A program made the translations under genes and the position numbers. Below, piece by piece: positions 1-9,500 of a DNA stretch of 30,243 nucleotides. The stretch is taken from NCBI GenBank assembly GCA_050485845.1, contig JBJHCD010000001.1, positions 1 to 30,243 on the forward strand, given 5' to 3'. The notes below the pieces were generated by a model. It saw nothing but the letters and a program-made list of their open reading frames with translations. It was not told where the DNA came from and did not search any database. This DNA is from Pirellulaceae bacterium. GTDB lineage: Bacteria; Planctomycetota; Planctomycetia; Pirellulales; Pirellulaceae. Every line of letters starts with the position of its first letter. Positions within the stretch are counted from its first letter, which is position 1.

Positions 1-2
1 AG

Positions 3-2192
3 CGCGAACAGTCCGATGGTGGTCAAGATCGTCTGGTGGCCGAGTTCCCCTTGCGGCACGCGGACGCGACCGAGGTGATCGAAAAGCTCAAGACACTGCT
101 CGGCATCGAAGCCCAGCCAACTCGAATGTCACGCGACCAGATTCGGCTGGCTCGTGACGAAATGGTTTTGCAGACGGAGATGATCAAGCGGTTGGGAGAC
201 CGAGCCCCGAAGTTGGACAAGAAAGAAGTGGAAGTCCACCTGGTGGCCAACGAACGGCAGAACAGTATTTTGGCCAACGCGGCTCCAGACAAGATCGCCG
301 TCATCCGGCAGGCTGTCCAAGCACTCGACACTCCAACGGACGATCACGCTTTTCGCCTATCCGACGTCACGACCATGAAGGTCTACCCCATGAATGGAGC
401 CGACGCGGACTCGGTGGCCGAGATCCTGAAGGATCTGCAGGGAATCGGGAAGCTGGACCGGAATACGCGATTCACGCAGGACGAGGACCGTCAGACGTTA
501 TTCGCTCACGCGTCGCTCGAGGATCATCTCACCATTAAGTCGGTGATGGATCAGATGTCTGGTTCCGCTCGTGATTTTCAAGTTATCACCCTGGAGCGGC
601 TTCAGGCCGAATACGTGGCCGAGTCGATCCGTTCGATGATGCTCGGGGAAAGTGCCACGAATACTCGGAATCGCGGACGCAGTCGCCGGACGCCCCAGAG
701 CAGCGGCAACGGTTTCCGGATCGAAGCCGATATACCTGGGAATCGGATCTTTCTCCACGCGACGGCGGCTGAATCGAAACAGGTGGATGAGTTGTTGGTC
801 CAACTGGGTGAACGAAAGGCTGTAGCCGGAAATGAACGAATTCTTTCCGTTTCCGCGGAGAATCTCGAGGAAACGATCGAGCGCGTGCGAGATCTCTGGC
901 CGACGCTCAGCAATCAGCCCCTGCATCTGGATGTACCCGACCAGCGACCTCGCCGTTCGGAATCACCGACCGGCGACCGATCGCGACGAATTCCGGTCGA
1001 GTCGGATGAGGAGGTAGGATCCGATCTACGCAGCCCTCGACGCGTGTTTCCTCCGAGCGCGCCTACTCGCCCGTCACAAGACCCCACGGCATTCAACACC
1101 TTTCCTGGTAAACCATCCGAACGATCCGAGCAAGAACTGGCCGAGGAAGATGACTTCACCCATGCGACGCGAGAAGTCTCTTTGGTTCGGGTGTTGGGGC
1201 CGGAACGAGGTCGCTGGGACGACTCCGATCGGTTTGGTGTATCCAATGCCGCGGACTCAAGTCCGGTGACGGTCCGTGGGGAGAACGAGGGCAAGTTGAT
1301 CTTGCGATCCGACGATCGTCAGGCTCTTTCGCGATTGGAGTCGGAACTAGAGGACCTGGTCCGGGGATCGGGATTATCGGGATCGCTGCCTCAAACCAAG
1401 CCCTACACGGTATTCAAACTGGACCATGCGTCCCCGTACTTGATCGAGATGACGCTCCAAGACATTTTTGCCTCGGACGGTGTTCGCTTGGCCAAACCGC
1501 TCCGATTTGTCTCCGATTCCACGACTCGATCGCTGATGGTCTTTGGTGCCGGTGAGGCGGAACTGCGTGAGATCGAGGAGCTGCTCGATTTTTATGATCG
1601 TCCACAGGATCGCGATCCGGAGACGCTCCGGAAGCCCCAGTATTTCGAACTTCAATACGCGAAGGCCGAGGAAGTTGCCGAGGTGATCAAGGATCTGTAT
1701 CGCGATTTGCTCAGCACAAATGATCGAGCACTCGCGGAACAACAACAGGGCCGCCGCTCTCAGCAAACTCGTCCAACCTCGATGCCGATCGTGAATAGCA
1801 ACGCCAAGGAACTGCAGTTTAAGGGGATGTTGTCGGTGGGAGTCTATGCCGACACGAACACTCTGATCGTCTCGGCGCCCCAGTACTTGACCGAGGAGAT
1901 CAGGGAGACGATCCAGGAGTTGGATCAGGAGGAAGCAGGTGAGGCGGCGGGAACGGTCACCAGCGTTATCGGGATCGGCGGGGATGTGAATGGCTCGTTG
2001 ATTGCCGAACGACTCGGGGCCATGATGGAAGAACAATCGGGCTCACGTGATCGTCGTGATCTTCGGCAGGACCCACGCCGATCTCGGTATGAGGGAGATC
2101 GCAGACCGACTTACCGGGGAGGCCCCGAAGACTTCCGCCGTTTCCGAGGGCAGCCTAGCCAACGCCCCCCCGTTCGCCGTACCGGTCCCTAA
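3..2192 (+). CDS. Secretin N-terminal (NolW-like/Secretin_N) repeat protein, 5'-truncated by the window edge; no C-terminal secretin domain
   Basis: The frame is open from base 3 (REQSDGGQDRLVAEF...), so GTG 36 is probably not the true start. About five complete N-domain-like repeats plus one half repeat are visible (e.g. EFPLRHADATEVIEKL...ANERQNSILANA; YFELQYAKAEEVAEVIKDLY...YADTNTLIVSAP). The protein ends in an Arg/Gly/Asp-rich tail; TAA at 2190-2192. Confidence 0.8.
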   Translation, partial: REQSDGGQDRLVAEFPLRHADATEVIEKLKTLLGIEAQPTRMSRDQIRLARDEMVLQTEMIKRLGDRAPKLDKKEVEVHLVANERQNSILANAAPDKIAVIRQAVQALDTPTDDHAFRLSDVTTMKVYPMNGADADSVAEILKDLQGIGKLDRNTRFTQDEDRQTLFAHASLEDHLTIKSVMDQMSGSARDFQVITLERLQAEYVAESIRSMMLGESATNTRNRGRSRRTPQSSGNGFRIEADIPGNRIFLHATAAESKQVDELLVQLGERKAVAGNERILSVSAENLEETIERVRDLWPTLSNQPLHLDVPDQRPRRSESPTGDRSRRIPVESDEEVGSDLRSPRRVFPPSAPTRPSQDPTAFNTFPGKPSERSEQELAEEDDFTHATREVSLVRVLGPERGRWDDSDRFGVSNAADSSPVTVRGENEGKLILRSDDRQALSRLESELEDLVRGSGLSGSLPQTKPYTVFKLDHASPYLIEMTLQDIFASDGVRLAKPLRFVSDSTTRSLMVFGAGEAELREIEELLDFYDRPQDRDPETLRKPQYFELQYAKAEEVAEVIKDLYRDLLSTNDRALAEQQQGRRSQQTRPTSMPIVNSNAKELQFKGMLSVGVYADTNTLIVSAPQYLTEEIRETIQELDQEEAGEAAGTVTSVIGIGGDVNGSLIAERLGAMMEEQSGSRDRRDLRQDPRRSRYEGDRRPTYRGGPEDFRRFRGQPSQRPPVRRTGP

Positions 2193-2195
2193 TTC

Positions 2196-2237
2196 GTTTG
2201 CCGGGAGTTTGCCGATGACTTGTCCAGCCGGCATCAT
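2196..2237 (+). promoter_or_regulatory. Putative sigma70-type promoter with a tandem direct repeat overlapping the -35 element (candidate OmpR-family operator)
   Basis: GTTTGCCG at 2196-2203 and 2207-2214 (period 11). TTGCCG (2209-2214) is followed by a 17-nt spacer and CATCAT (2232-2237). It lies directly upstream of the unit encoding an OmpR-family regulator. Confidence 0.5.
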
Positions 2238-2307
2238 GCAGTTCCCCTTCGTACTCCGTGCAAGTCCCGCCGCGCGGCAATTGGAAGTCGCGCCGGGTAC
2301 TTGGCGT

Positions 2308-3000
2308 GTGATACGCCACCTCCTGTGTGGGATCGTCGCTTGGGGACTGGGATGGGGCGAGCACGTTGAATCGGGGGTGACTCGGGCGAGTGACGTCCAC
2401 TTCAGCTTTCAGTCGGACCAACTCGATCAGAATCCACAAAAGTTTATTTTCTGTTCCGGCCGGACCAGCAACGTTATCCCCGTGCATTGGCGCGTCGTTG
2501 CCGACACCGAGAACGCTCAACGCCACGTCTTGGCCTGGCTGGCACCGGAAAAGGTCGAACACCGCTATGCCCTGGCACTTGCCGAGAGCTGTCACTGTCG
2601 TGACGTCAAACTGTCCGTGCGGATCAAGTTTCCATCGGGTGAGCCCGATGCGACGGGAGGCCTCGTTTGGCGTTATCAGGACTCGGAAAACTATCTCGTG
2701 GCTCGACTCGATCCATCTCAGCAACGAGGCAGACTGTACCGAGTCGTGAATGGCAATCTAGCCACCTTTGGACATGCCGACGGTTTAACACTACAGCCGG
2801 AAACCTGGTACACGCTGCGCGTCGAACATAAGCGAGACACGGTGAAGATGTATCTGGACGGCGAGGCGTTGCTGGTTGTCAAGGACCGCCACTTTCGTCA
2901 TTCCGGCAGGGTCGGCATTTGGACCAAGACCACCGCCAGCACCTACTTCGACGACCTCCGGATTCGACAATGGCACGATGACGATCGTGAGAATCGATAA
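2308..3000 (+). CDS. Exported DUF1080/LamG-like beta-sandwich protein (3-keto-disaccharide hydrolase-like fold)
   Basis: Motifs DVKLSVRIK, GGLVWRYQDSENYLVAR, WYTLRVEH and GRVGIWTK...TYFDDLRI match this family. GTG 2308 gives a signal-peptide-like N-terminus (MIRHLLCGIVAWGLGW). The longer ORF from 2047 overlaps the previous gene and the promoter, so the start is uncertain. Confidence 0.65.
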   Translation: MIRHLLCGIVAWGLGWGEHVESGVTRASDVHFSFQSDQLDQNPQKFIFCSGRTSNVIPVHWRVVADTENAQRHVLAWLAPEKVEHRYALALAESCHCRDVKLSVRIKFPSGEPDATGGLVWRYQDSENYLVARLDPSQQRGRLYRVVNGNLATFGHADGLTLQPETWYTLRVEHKRDTVKMYLDGEALLVVKDRHFRHSGRVGIWTKTTASTYFDDLRIRQWHDDDRENR

Positions 3001-3048
3001 CGTCCACGCAATCAGAGCCATGGTGGACTATCCCGGAGACTCCCGGCC

Positions 3049-3702
3049 GTGCGTATACTGCTGATTGAGGACGAGCCTGACCTGGCGGAAGTGATCTCTC
3101 TGGCGCTTCGCGAGTATGAGTTCTCGGTCGACACGGCCCAAGATGGACGCACGGGTCTTCAGAAGGCCCAGCAGGACGACTACGATCTAATCGTGCTCGA
3201 CTTGATGCTGCCGCAGCTTGGGGGCATCGCCCTGCTGAAGCGACTGCGGCAATCGAACAAGACCCCGGTCTTGATCCTTACCGCCCGGGACGAGCAAGCC
3301 GACAAGGTCAACGGTCTCAATGCGGGAGCGGACGATTTCGTCACCAAACCTTTTGACTTGGAGGAGCTGATCGCTCGCATCCGCGCCTTGATTCGCCGCT
3401 CTGTGAACCACCCCTCCCCCATCATTCAGCTGGAGGATTTGGAAATCCACACCGCCTCCCGCGAGGTCTATAAACAAGGCGACCTTGTTCCCTTAACTCG
3501 CAAGGAGTACGCCATCCTTCAGCTCTTGGTCCTTCGTCGGGGAGAGCTGGTCACTCGATCGATGATCTACGACCGACTTTATGGCGAACAGGATGATACG
3601 CTCTCCAATGTCGTCGATGTGTATGTGGCGAACCTTCGCAGAAAGCTGGGAGCCCAGCTCATCGAGACTCGCCGAGGCGAAGGATACATCATCCGTGATT
3701 AA
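3049..3702 (+). CDS. OmpR/PhoB-family response regulator (CusR/CzcR-like)
   Basis: Receiver motifs ILLIEDE, DLIVLDLMLP, PVLILTARD and GADDFVTKPF; winged-helix motifs LTRKEYAILQLL, NVVDVYVANLRRKL and IETRRGEGY. GGAG lies upstream of GTG 3049. Confidence 0.96.
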   Translation: MRILLIEDEPDLAEVISLALREYEFSVDTAQDGRTGLQKAQQDDYDLIVLDLMLPQLGGIALLKRLRQSNKTPVLILTARDEQADKVNGLNAGADDFVTKPFDLEELIARIRALIRRSVNHPSPIIQLEDLEIHTASREVYKQGDLVPLTRKEYAILQLLVLRRGELVTRSMIYDRLYGEQDDTLSNVVDVYVANLRRKLGAQLIETRRGEGYIIRD

Positions 3703-5071
3703 TTCCGTCCGCTGGAAACTGATGGCCTGGTATGCCATGATCGTCGCCGCGATGACTGCCGCGTTTGGAACGTTGACCCACGTCACGGTGCAGCGGTTGT
3801 TGGAGCGGGAATTGGACGAACGACTTCTCGAGCAGGCGACGGCACTGGCCGATGTGCTGGTCCCGGAGGAAGATGGGACGTTTCGAGTCGAACTTTCGCC
3901 TGACCAGATTTCGCACTTTCAAGATGAGAGTCCCGGAGCCATCTACTATCGCATCTGGAATGCTCAACAGAGTCTGGTGGATACCTCACACCCCGAACTG
4001 ACCGTGGCCCATGTCGCTCAGCCAGGCCCCAGAACTCGAGGTGACGTTCGCGAGATGGTGGTGAAGGGCCCGGAGGGAACGCACATCCTGGTGGGGCGTA
4101 GTCTGAATCAAGAGCAAGCTCAACTGAAGAGACTGGCTGGAACGTCGGTTGCCGTGGGGCTTTTCGTACTACTTCCCTTTCTCGGTGGCGGTTGGTTCCT
4201 GACCAGTCGCGCATTAGCGCCGATCGAACGAATCAGCCGGGCTGCCGCCGCCGTCTCGACTTCGAATCAGAACGAGCGGATTGAAGTCTCGCGAATGGAG
4301 GCGGAATTGGCCGAGTTGGCTCGAACGGTCAACGAGGCCTTCGATCGACTACAGGACACCGTCGAGCGGCAAAAGCGATTCACGGCCGATGCCTCCCACG
4401 AACTGCGAACGCCGCTGTCGGTCATCATGGCTCGAGCCGACCTGGCCCTGAAGTCCGAAAGGACGCCGGATGAGTATCGCGAGGCACTGACGGTTGTTCG
4501 TCATGCGGCAAGTCGCATGAATTCGGTCGTGGAAGGGCTACTGACCTTGGCTCGAGCTGATTCCGGCGAGGTCCCGCTGCAACCAGGACCGTGTGAAATC
4601 CATGTGATCGTTGCCGAGGTCTGTCAGTTACTACAGCCCTTGATTCTGCAGCGCGAGTTGACCGTCGAGTCCGACTTGGTTCCGGTGCAATTGATGGGGG
4701 ACCGCGAACGAATTCGGGAGGCCGTTTCCAATGTCCTCTGCAACGCCGTCCAGTACAATCGTTCAGGAGGAGCGATTCGAATACAGCTCCGCGAACAATC
4801 CGGTCAGGCATTCATCCGAGTGGAAGACACGGGCATCGGAATTCCAGACTCCCAACAATCCCACTTATTCGACCGATTTTTCCGAGGGGATGAGTCGCGC
4901 TCGGGTCACGGGGACCGAACGAGTTACGGGGACCGATCGGGTCTGTCGCGGGGAAGCGGTTTGGGATTGGCCATCACCAAGTGGATCGTCGAAGCGCACG
5001 GCGGAAGCATCGAAGTGACCAGTCGAGAAGGAGAAGGGACCGTGGTGTCGCTGCGGTTCGGTTCCCTTTAG
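3695..5071 (+). CDS. Membrane sensor histidine kinase (HAMP-HisKA-HATPase, heavy-metal-sensor-like architecture)
   Basis: GTG 3695 overlaps the regulator stop by 8 nt. Two hydrophobic segments flank a periplasmic loop. H-box FTADASHELRTPL, N-box AVSNVLCNAVQYN, G1 VEDTGIGIP, F-box LFDRFFRGD, G2 GSGLGLAITKWIVEAHGG. Confidence 0.95.
   Translation: MINSVRWKLMAWYAMIVAAMTAAFGTLTHVTVQRLLERELDERLLEQATALADVLVPEEDGTFRVELSPDQISHFQDESPGAIYYRIWNAQQSLVDTSHPELTVAHVAQPGPRTRGDVREMVVKGPEGTHILVGRSLNQEQAQLKRLAGTSVAVGLFVLLPFLGGGWFLTSRALAPIERISRAAAAVSTSNQNERIEVSRMEAELAELARTVNEAFDRLQDTVERQKRFTADASHELRTPLSVIMARADLALKSERTPDEYREALTVVRHAASRMNSVVEGLLTLARADSGEVPLQPGPCEIHVIVAEVCQLLQPLILQRELTVESDLVPVQLMGDRERIREAVSNVLCNAVQYNRSGGAIRIQLREQSGQAFIRVEDTGIGIPDSQQSHLFDRFFRGDESRSGHGDRTSYGDRSGLSRGSGLGLAITKWIVEAHGGSIEVTSREGEGTVVSLRFGSL
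4908..4936 (+). repeat. In-frame 18-nt tandem duplication in the kinase ATP-lid region
   Basis: ACGGGGACCGA at 4908-4918 and 4926-4936, encoding ...HGDRTS-YGDRSG... between the F-box and G2 box. Confidence 0.6.
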
Positions 5072-5084
5072 GCTCTGGTTCCTC

Positions 5085-6548
5085 TTAGGCCAATAGTTCT
5101 CGCATCACTCGGCCATGGACATCCGTCAAGCGATGGTCGCGTCCTCCATGACGGAAGGTGAGCTTCCAATGGTCGACGCCCAATTGATGCAGGAGGGTGG
5201 CATGGATGTCATGGATGTCGACCGGAGAATCGGCAACCGAATTCCCAAACTCGTCCGTCTCTCCGTAGCTCATGCCCCCCCGAAATCCACCCCCCGCCAT
5301 GAAGAGGGCATAACCGTTCACATGATGGTCGCGTCCGCAGTTTTCCGTCACTTGCGGAGTGTGCGGAGTCCGTCCCATCTCTCCTGCCCACAAGACAATG
5401 GTTTCCTCCAGCATTCCACGCTGCTTCAAGTCGATGATCAAGGCGGCCACCGACTGGTCGGTGATCCGTGCATTCTTTTCGTGATTGACCTTCAGCTGGC
5501 CATGCTGGTCCCAGGGAGAATTGTTGCCGTCGAAGCTGGGACAAGTAATCTCGACGAACCGGACTCCCGCTTCCACCATTCGCCGAGCCCTCAAGGCCTG
5601 CGTGGCGTAAAACTGCTGGTGTTCGTCCTCCGAGTTCACTCCATATAGTTCGTGAATGTAGGCAGGCTCGCGGGAAATATCCGTCACTTCGGGAATGGTA
5701 CTCTGCATCCGGAAGGCTGTTTCGTAGTTCGCGATCGCCCCTTCAATTGCGTTGGGATCGGAGACCTGCGTGGCAAACTCTTCATCCTGCTGAGCCAGCA
5801 ACGCCAGTTTCTGCCTTTGCGTTGCCGCGTTACCGGCCGGCACGATATTGTCCACCGGAGTTCCCTTGGCTCGAATCATGGTGGCCTGACAAGAAGCCGG
5901 AAGATAGGAACTGCCGAAATTCTCGAGTCCCCCGTTGGGAACCCAGTCGTTGTTCAAAACCACATAGCCTGGCAGATTCTCATTCTCTGTTCCCAAACCA
6001 TACGAAACCCAAGCTCCCACACTCGGAGCCTGCCCGATGATCCGCCCGGTGTGCAGGAGCAGATTCTGTTGCCCATGCAGGGGGAGTTGGCCGATCATCG
6101 ACCGGACCACACACAACTCGTCCGCCACTCGGGCCACGTGAGGGAACAAGTCACTGACCCAGAGGCCACTCTGCCCCCGCTGATGAAACGCCCAGGGCGA
6201 ACCGAGCCAGACGCGGCCAGCACCTGACTGTGCCAACTTGGAGACGGCCGAATCCCCAATCGCCTCGCCCTGATACTTGGCCAATGCCGGCTTCGGATCA
6301 AAAGTATCCACGTGACTCGGGCCACCATCCATGAAACAAAAGATGACGTTTTTCGCGCGAGCGGGAAAATGAACCCCCCCCGCTCCCGCCGACGCGCCGG
6401 CGAACGCCCTTCCTCCCAGAAGTCCAGACAACGCCAGCCAGCCGAAGCCGGCGGAAGAACTCTGCAGGAAACCGCGGCGAGTCGAATCGCCGAGAATGCG
6501 ACCGGGACAACTCTTCGGCAAACGCGAATGATCGAATCGGAATGTCAC
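5085..6548 (-). CDS. DUF1501 domain protein with probable twin-arginine signal
   Basis: STRRGFLQ Tat motif followed by a hydrophobic stretch. Family motifs FPARAKNVIFCFMDGGPSHVDTFDPKP, RMVEAGVRFVE, WDQHG, GEMGRTP, GRDHH and DIHATLLHQLG. GTG 6548 has GGGAGAG upstream and lies just after the stop (6565) of the preceding gene. Confidence 0.93.
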   Translation of the reverse strand: MTFRFDHSRLPKSCPGRILGDSTRRGFLQSSSAGFGWLALSGLLGGRAFAGASAGAGGVHFPARAKNVIFCFMDGGPSHVDTFDPKPALAKYQGEAIGDSAVSKLAQSGAGRVWLGSPWAFHQRGQSGLWVSDLFPHVARVADELCVVRSMIGQLPLHGQQNLLLHTGRIIGQAPSVGAWVSYGLGTENENLPGYVVLNNDWVPNGGLENFGSSYLPASCQATMIRAKGTPVDNIVPAGNAATQRQKLALLAQQDEEFATQVSDPNAIEGAIANYETAFRMQSTIPEVTDISREPAYIHELYGVNSEDEHQQFYATQALRARRMVEAGVRFVEITCPSFDGNNSPWDQHGQLKVNHEKNARITDQSVAALIIDLKQRGMLEETIVLWAGEMGRTPHTPQVTENCGRDHHVNGYALFMAGGGFRGGMSYGETDEFGNSVADSPVDIHDIHATLLHQLGVDHWKLTFRHGGRDHRLTDVHGRVMRELLA

Positions 6549-6564
6549 GTGTCGGTCTCTCCCG

Positions 6565-9500
6565 TCACCGATAATAGATGAACTCTTTGGTATTGAACAC
6601 GGCATGAGCAACGTTGGCCCAAATCCACGGGTCGCCCATCCAGTCGCCGCCGACCTCCGCAAAATCCTTCGGAAAAACTCTTGCCGAATCTTCTGCCGAG
6701 CCGACCGGCAGGCCCCGAGCTAACTGCCGGGCCCCCTCGATCCATCGTCGCCGCTCTTCTTCGGTTGCCTCGCGTCCCAAGGCGGCCAGGAACATGGCTT
6801 CGATCCGATCACCCGGGTCCGAGCGACCGTCCTGAACCAATTGCTCAGCCCAAAACTCCGCCAACCGCGTGACGAGTGGATCGTTCAACATCAGGAGTGC
6901 CTGAGCGGGAACGTTCGTTTCGTCTCGTCGCCCTGTCGGCAACTTCAGGTCCGGCAGGTTGAAGCCGACCAGAAACTTTGGCGGCTCCATAATCGACATC
7001 GTAATGTATATCGACCGCCGACCGTAACTGTCCCAAGGACCGGAAAACAGTCGTTTCGCCGAATCCTCGGCGACGCGCGGGGGATTGATGGGGCGACCAT
7101 ACAGTCTCGGGTCAAGCCGACCGGAGACAGCCAGCAAATGGTCCCGAATGGCTTCGGCTTCCAGGCGGCGAGTCGGATAGTGATGAAGCAGTCGGTTGTC
7201 CGGGTCGTGCCGCCGGGCTTCCGAGGCCCTCTCTCCCGACTGCCGAAATGTCCGGCTGAGGACCAATTGTTTGACGAGCTTCTTGGTTGACCATCCCTCC
7301 TCCATGAAGCGGAGCGCCAGCCAATCCAGAAGTTCCGGGTGAGACGGCAAGTCCCCTAAATGTCCATGGTCGTTGGGAGTGGCGACGATCCCCGTCCCAA
7401 AGACCCACTGCCAAACACGATTGACATAAACGCGTGCCGTATGGGGGTTCCGAGGATCGGTCAGGTAGCGAGCCAGCTCGAACCGCCCACTGCCCGTGAA
7501 CTCAGCCGGCAACAGGCCATCCGACGAACGATCACGAGAAAAGACCTCCAAGAACCCGCGAGGAATCTCCGGCCCCTCGTCATCGACATTGCCTCGAATA
7601 TTCAGCCGGTAATTCAGTGGAGCCATGTCTCGCTCATCCATGCTGATGGCGCTGCGAGGAAACTCGATCTCGGCCTCGACCGCCCGATATCGCTCGACTA
7701 GCTCGGCCACCTTCGGAAGTTGCTCCGCTCGATTCGGAAGCAGCTCCTCGGCCAGCAGCCAGTTCAGCACCCGTACATCTCCCGAGCCCACTTCGTCCCG
7801 CGCCCAACGCACAACCGAACTCGATAGCCAACCCGCCACTCGCTGCCAGGCTTCGTCATTGGAAGCCGGTGCCGCCCCGGAATAGAGAGGTACGAATGCA
7901 TCGAGCGTATCGGGCGGAGTCCCGGGCGTCTCCTGGGCCACCACTCCCGTGAGGCTGAACCAGCTCCGTTTATCGAACCCATCATCGTTATCCGGTAGCC
8001 TTGTACCGCCGGCTCGAGCCAGTCCGGTGCGAGGAGGAAAGTTGGGATGGAGGTCGGACGTGGAGAATTCGGTCAACAGACGAGTGACGCCATTATTCAA
8101 ATTCCGACCGGTTACCGACTGCCAAGTGGAGCCTGCACTCGGATCGAGAAACGAGATGTTCTCGGCCTGAAATGCATTCTGAGGTACGTCGATCCGCCCG
8201 GCCCAATCTCCCCCCGACATTCGCAGACTGACGATGTTTCGCGGAAAAGTCTCCGATGGTGGCAGCCGGATGGCGCCGGGAAGTTTTGATGAAAGAGCGT
8301 GAGTGTGGTAACCACGGTCGAGTAGCGTGGTGACGAGCGATTCGCCTTGGAGAGCGATCCGAGGAGTCCCATCCGTGACATAACCATGCTCCAGTCCAGC
8401 TCCATCAATGACCCAGCCCTCGGGAAAACCCGGCTGCGAGAAGTCAGTCAACACCATGAATTGTGCCTGATTGGCTTGCTGGCGAGCTTCACGCTCTGTG
8501 GCCCATTCGGAATTCAGCTCGTTCCACCGGTTCACAGTGGCTAGATCGAGTGCACGTCGTTGCATGTCGGACCGGGGCTTTTTGTTCATGTTGCCCAGAG
8601 CAAGTCGGAACCGCCCCAGAACGTGCTGGCTACCGTAATGCTGAACCAAAGTGACGCGCCACTCGCCTCCATGCGGCATCTCGACCGGCTCGGCAAACTG
8701 AAACCGAGCCGCGCGATCCAGATTCAAAGGCGACACTCCACCGATCGCCCAGCCCGTTCCCGGGGCCGGATCCAGCGCGGCCTGGACCGGGTAACCGGCC
8801 TGGGAGAAACCGGCCGTGGCCGATCCAATTTTCACTTCTCGCCACTCCCCATTGGCGGCGCGAGGATCCTCGTCAGAAGTCACTCCGTTTGCAAATTGTC
8901 CCCCTTGGTCATCGTGCGCGGAATCACTGATCAGTGGACGTACCTCGACCCGCAGATGGGAGAGGACGAAGTTGCCGTGTTCTGTCCGCCCGGGGCCACC
9001 ACTGCCAAGACTCTCGTCGGTGAGCGCCTCGAGTTGCAGGAGGATCGCTGACCCGGGTTCCGTCGTGAAGCGGACCGTGTACTCGTCGGTCGCGGGGACT
9101 TCACCCCGTGCAAGAATCGACCGGTCTTCCGCGACCAGTAACTCGGTCGATTCCGATGCGGCCTCGGCTCGAAGATTGTACGTCTCGAGCCAGCTTGTTT
9201 GTTCAAGCAACTGAACCACTGGGTACGCGATATCCTCGAGCCCAGCCGTTTGCCAACTCGAATGCCGCCCCGCAGCCCACTCTCGCAGTGTTAAAGGATC
9301 CAGCGTTTCGCGAGCCACCGCGGTCCAGGCCTGGGCCAGCTCGGCCCGAATCTCATCCCGCAGGCGGCGAAGTTCGGCGACGAGAGACGCACGGCTTTCA
9401 GGGGCGTCGATGGCTCGAGTTGTCCAGCGCGGCGTCATGAAGACACCGGCCAGGGCATAGTAGTCGGCTTGAGAGATGGCATCCAGCTTATGGTCATGGC

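Noticed and set aside
2047-2307. N-terminal extensions given by the ORF track (2047, 3581, 6662, 13832, 17793, 19162, 25095)
   Set aside because: They overlap neighbouring genes or promoters; downstream starts give better RBS, signal peptides or family-typical N-termini.
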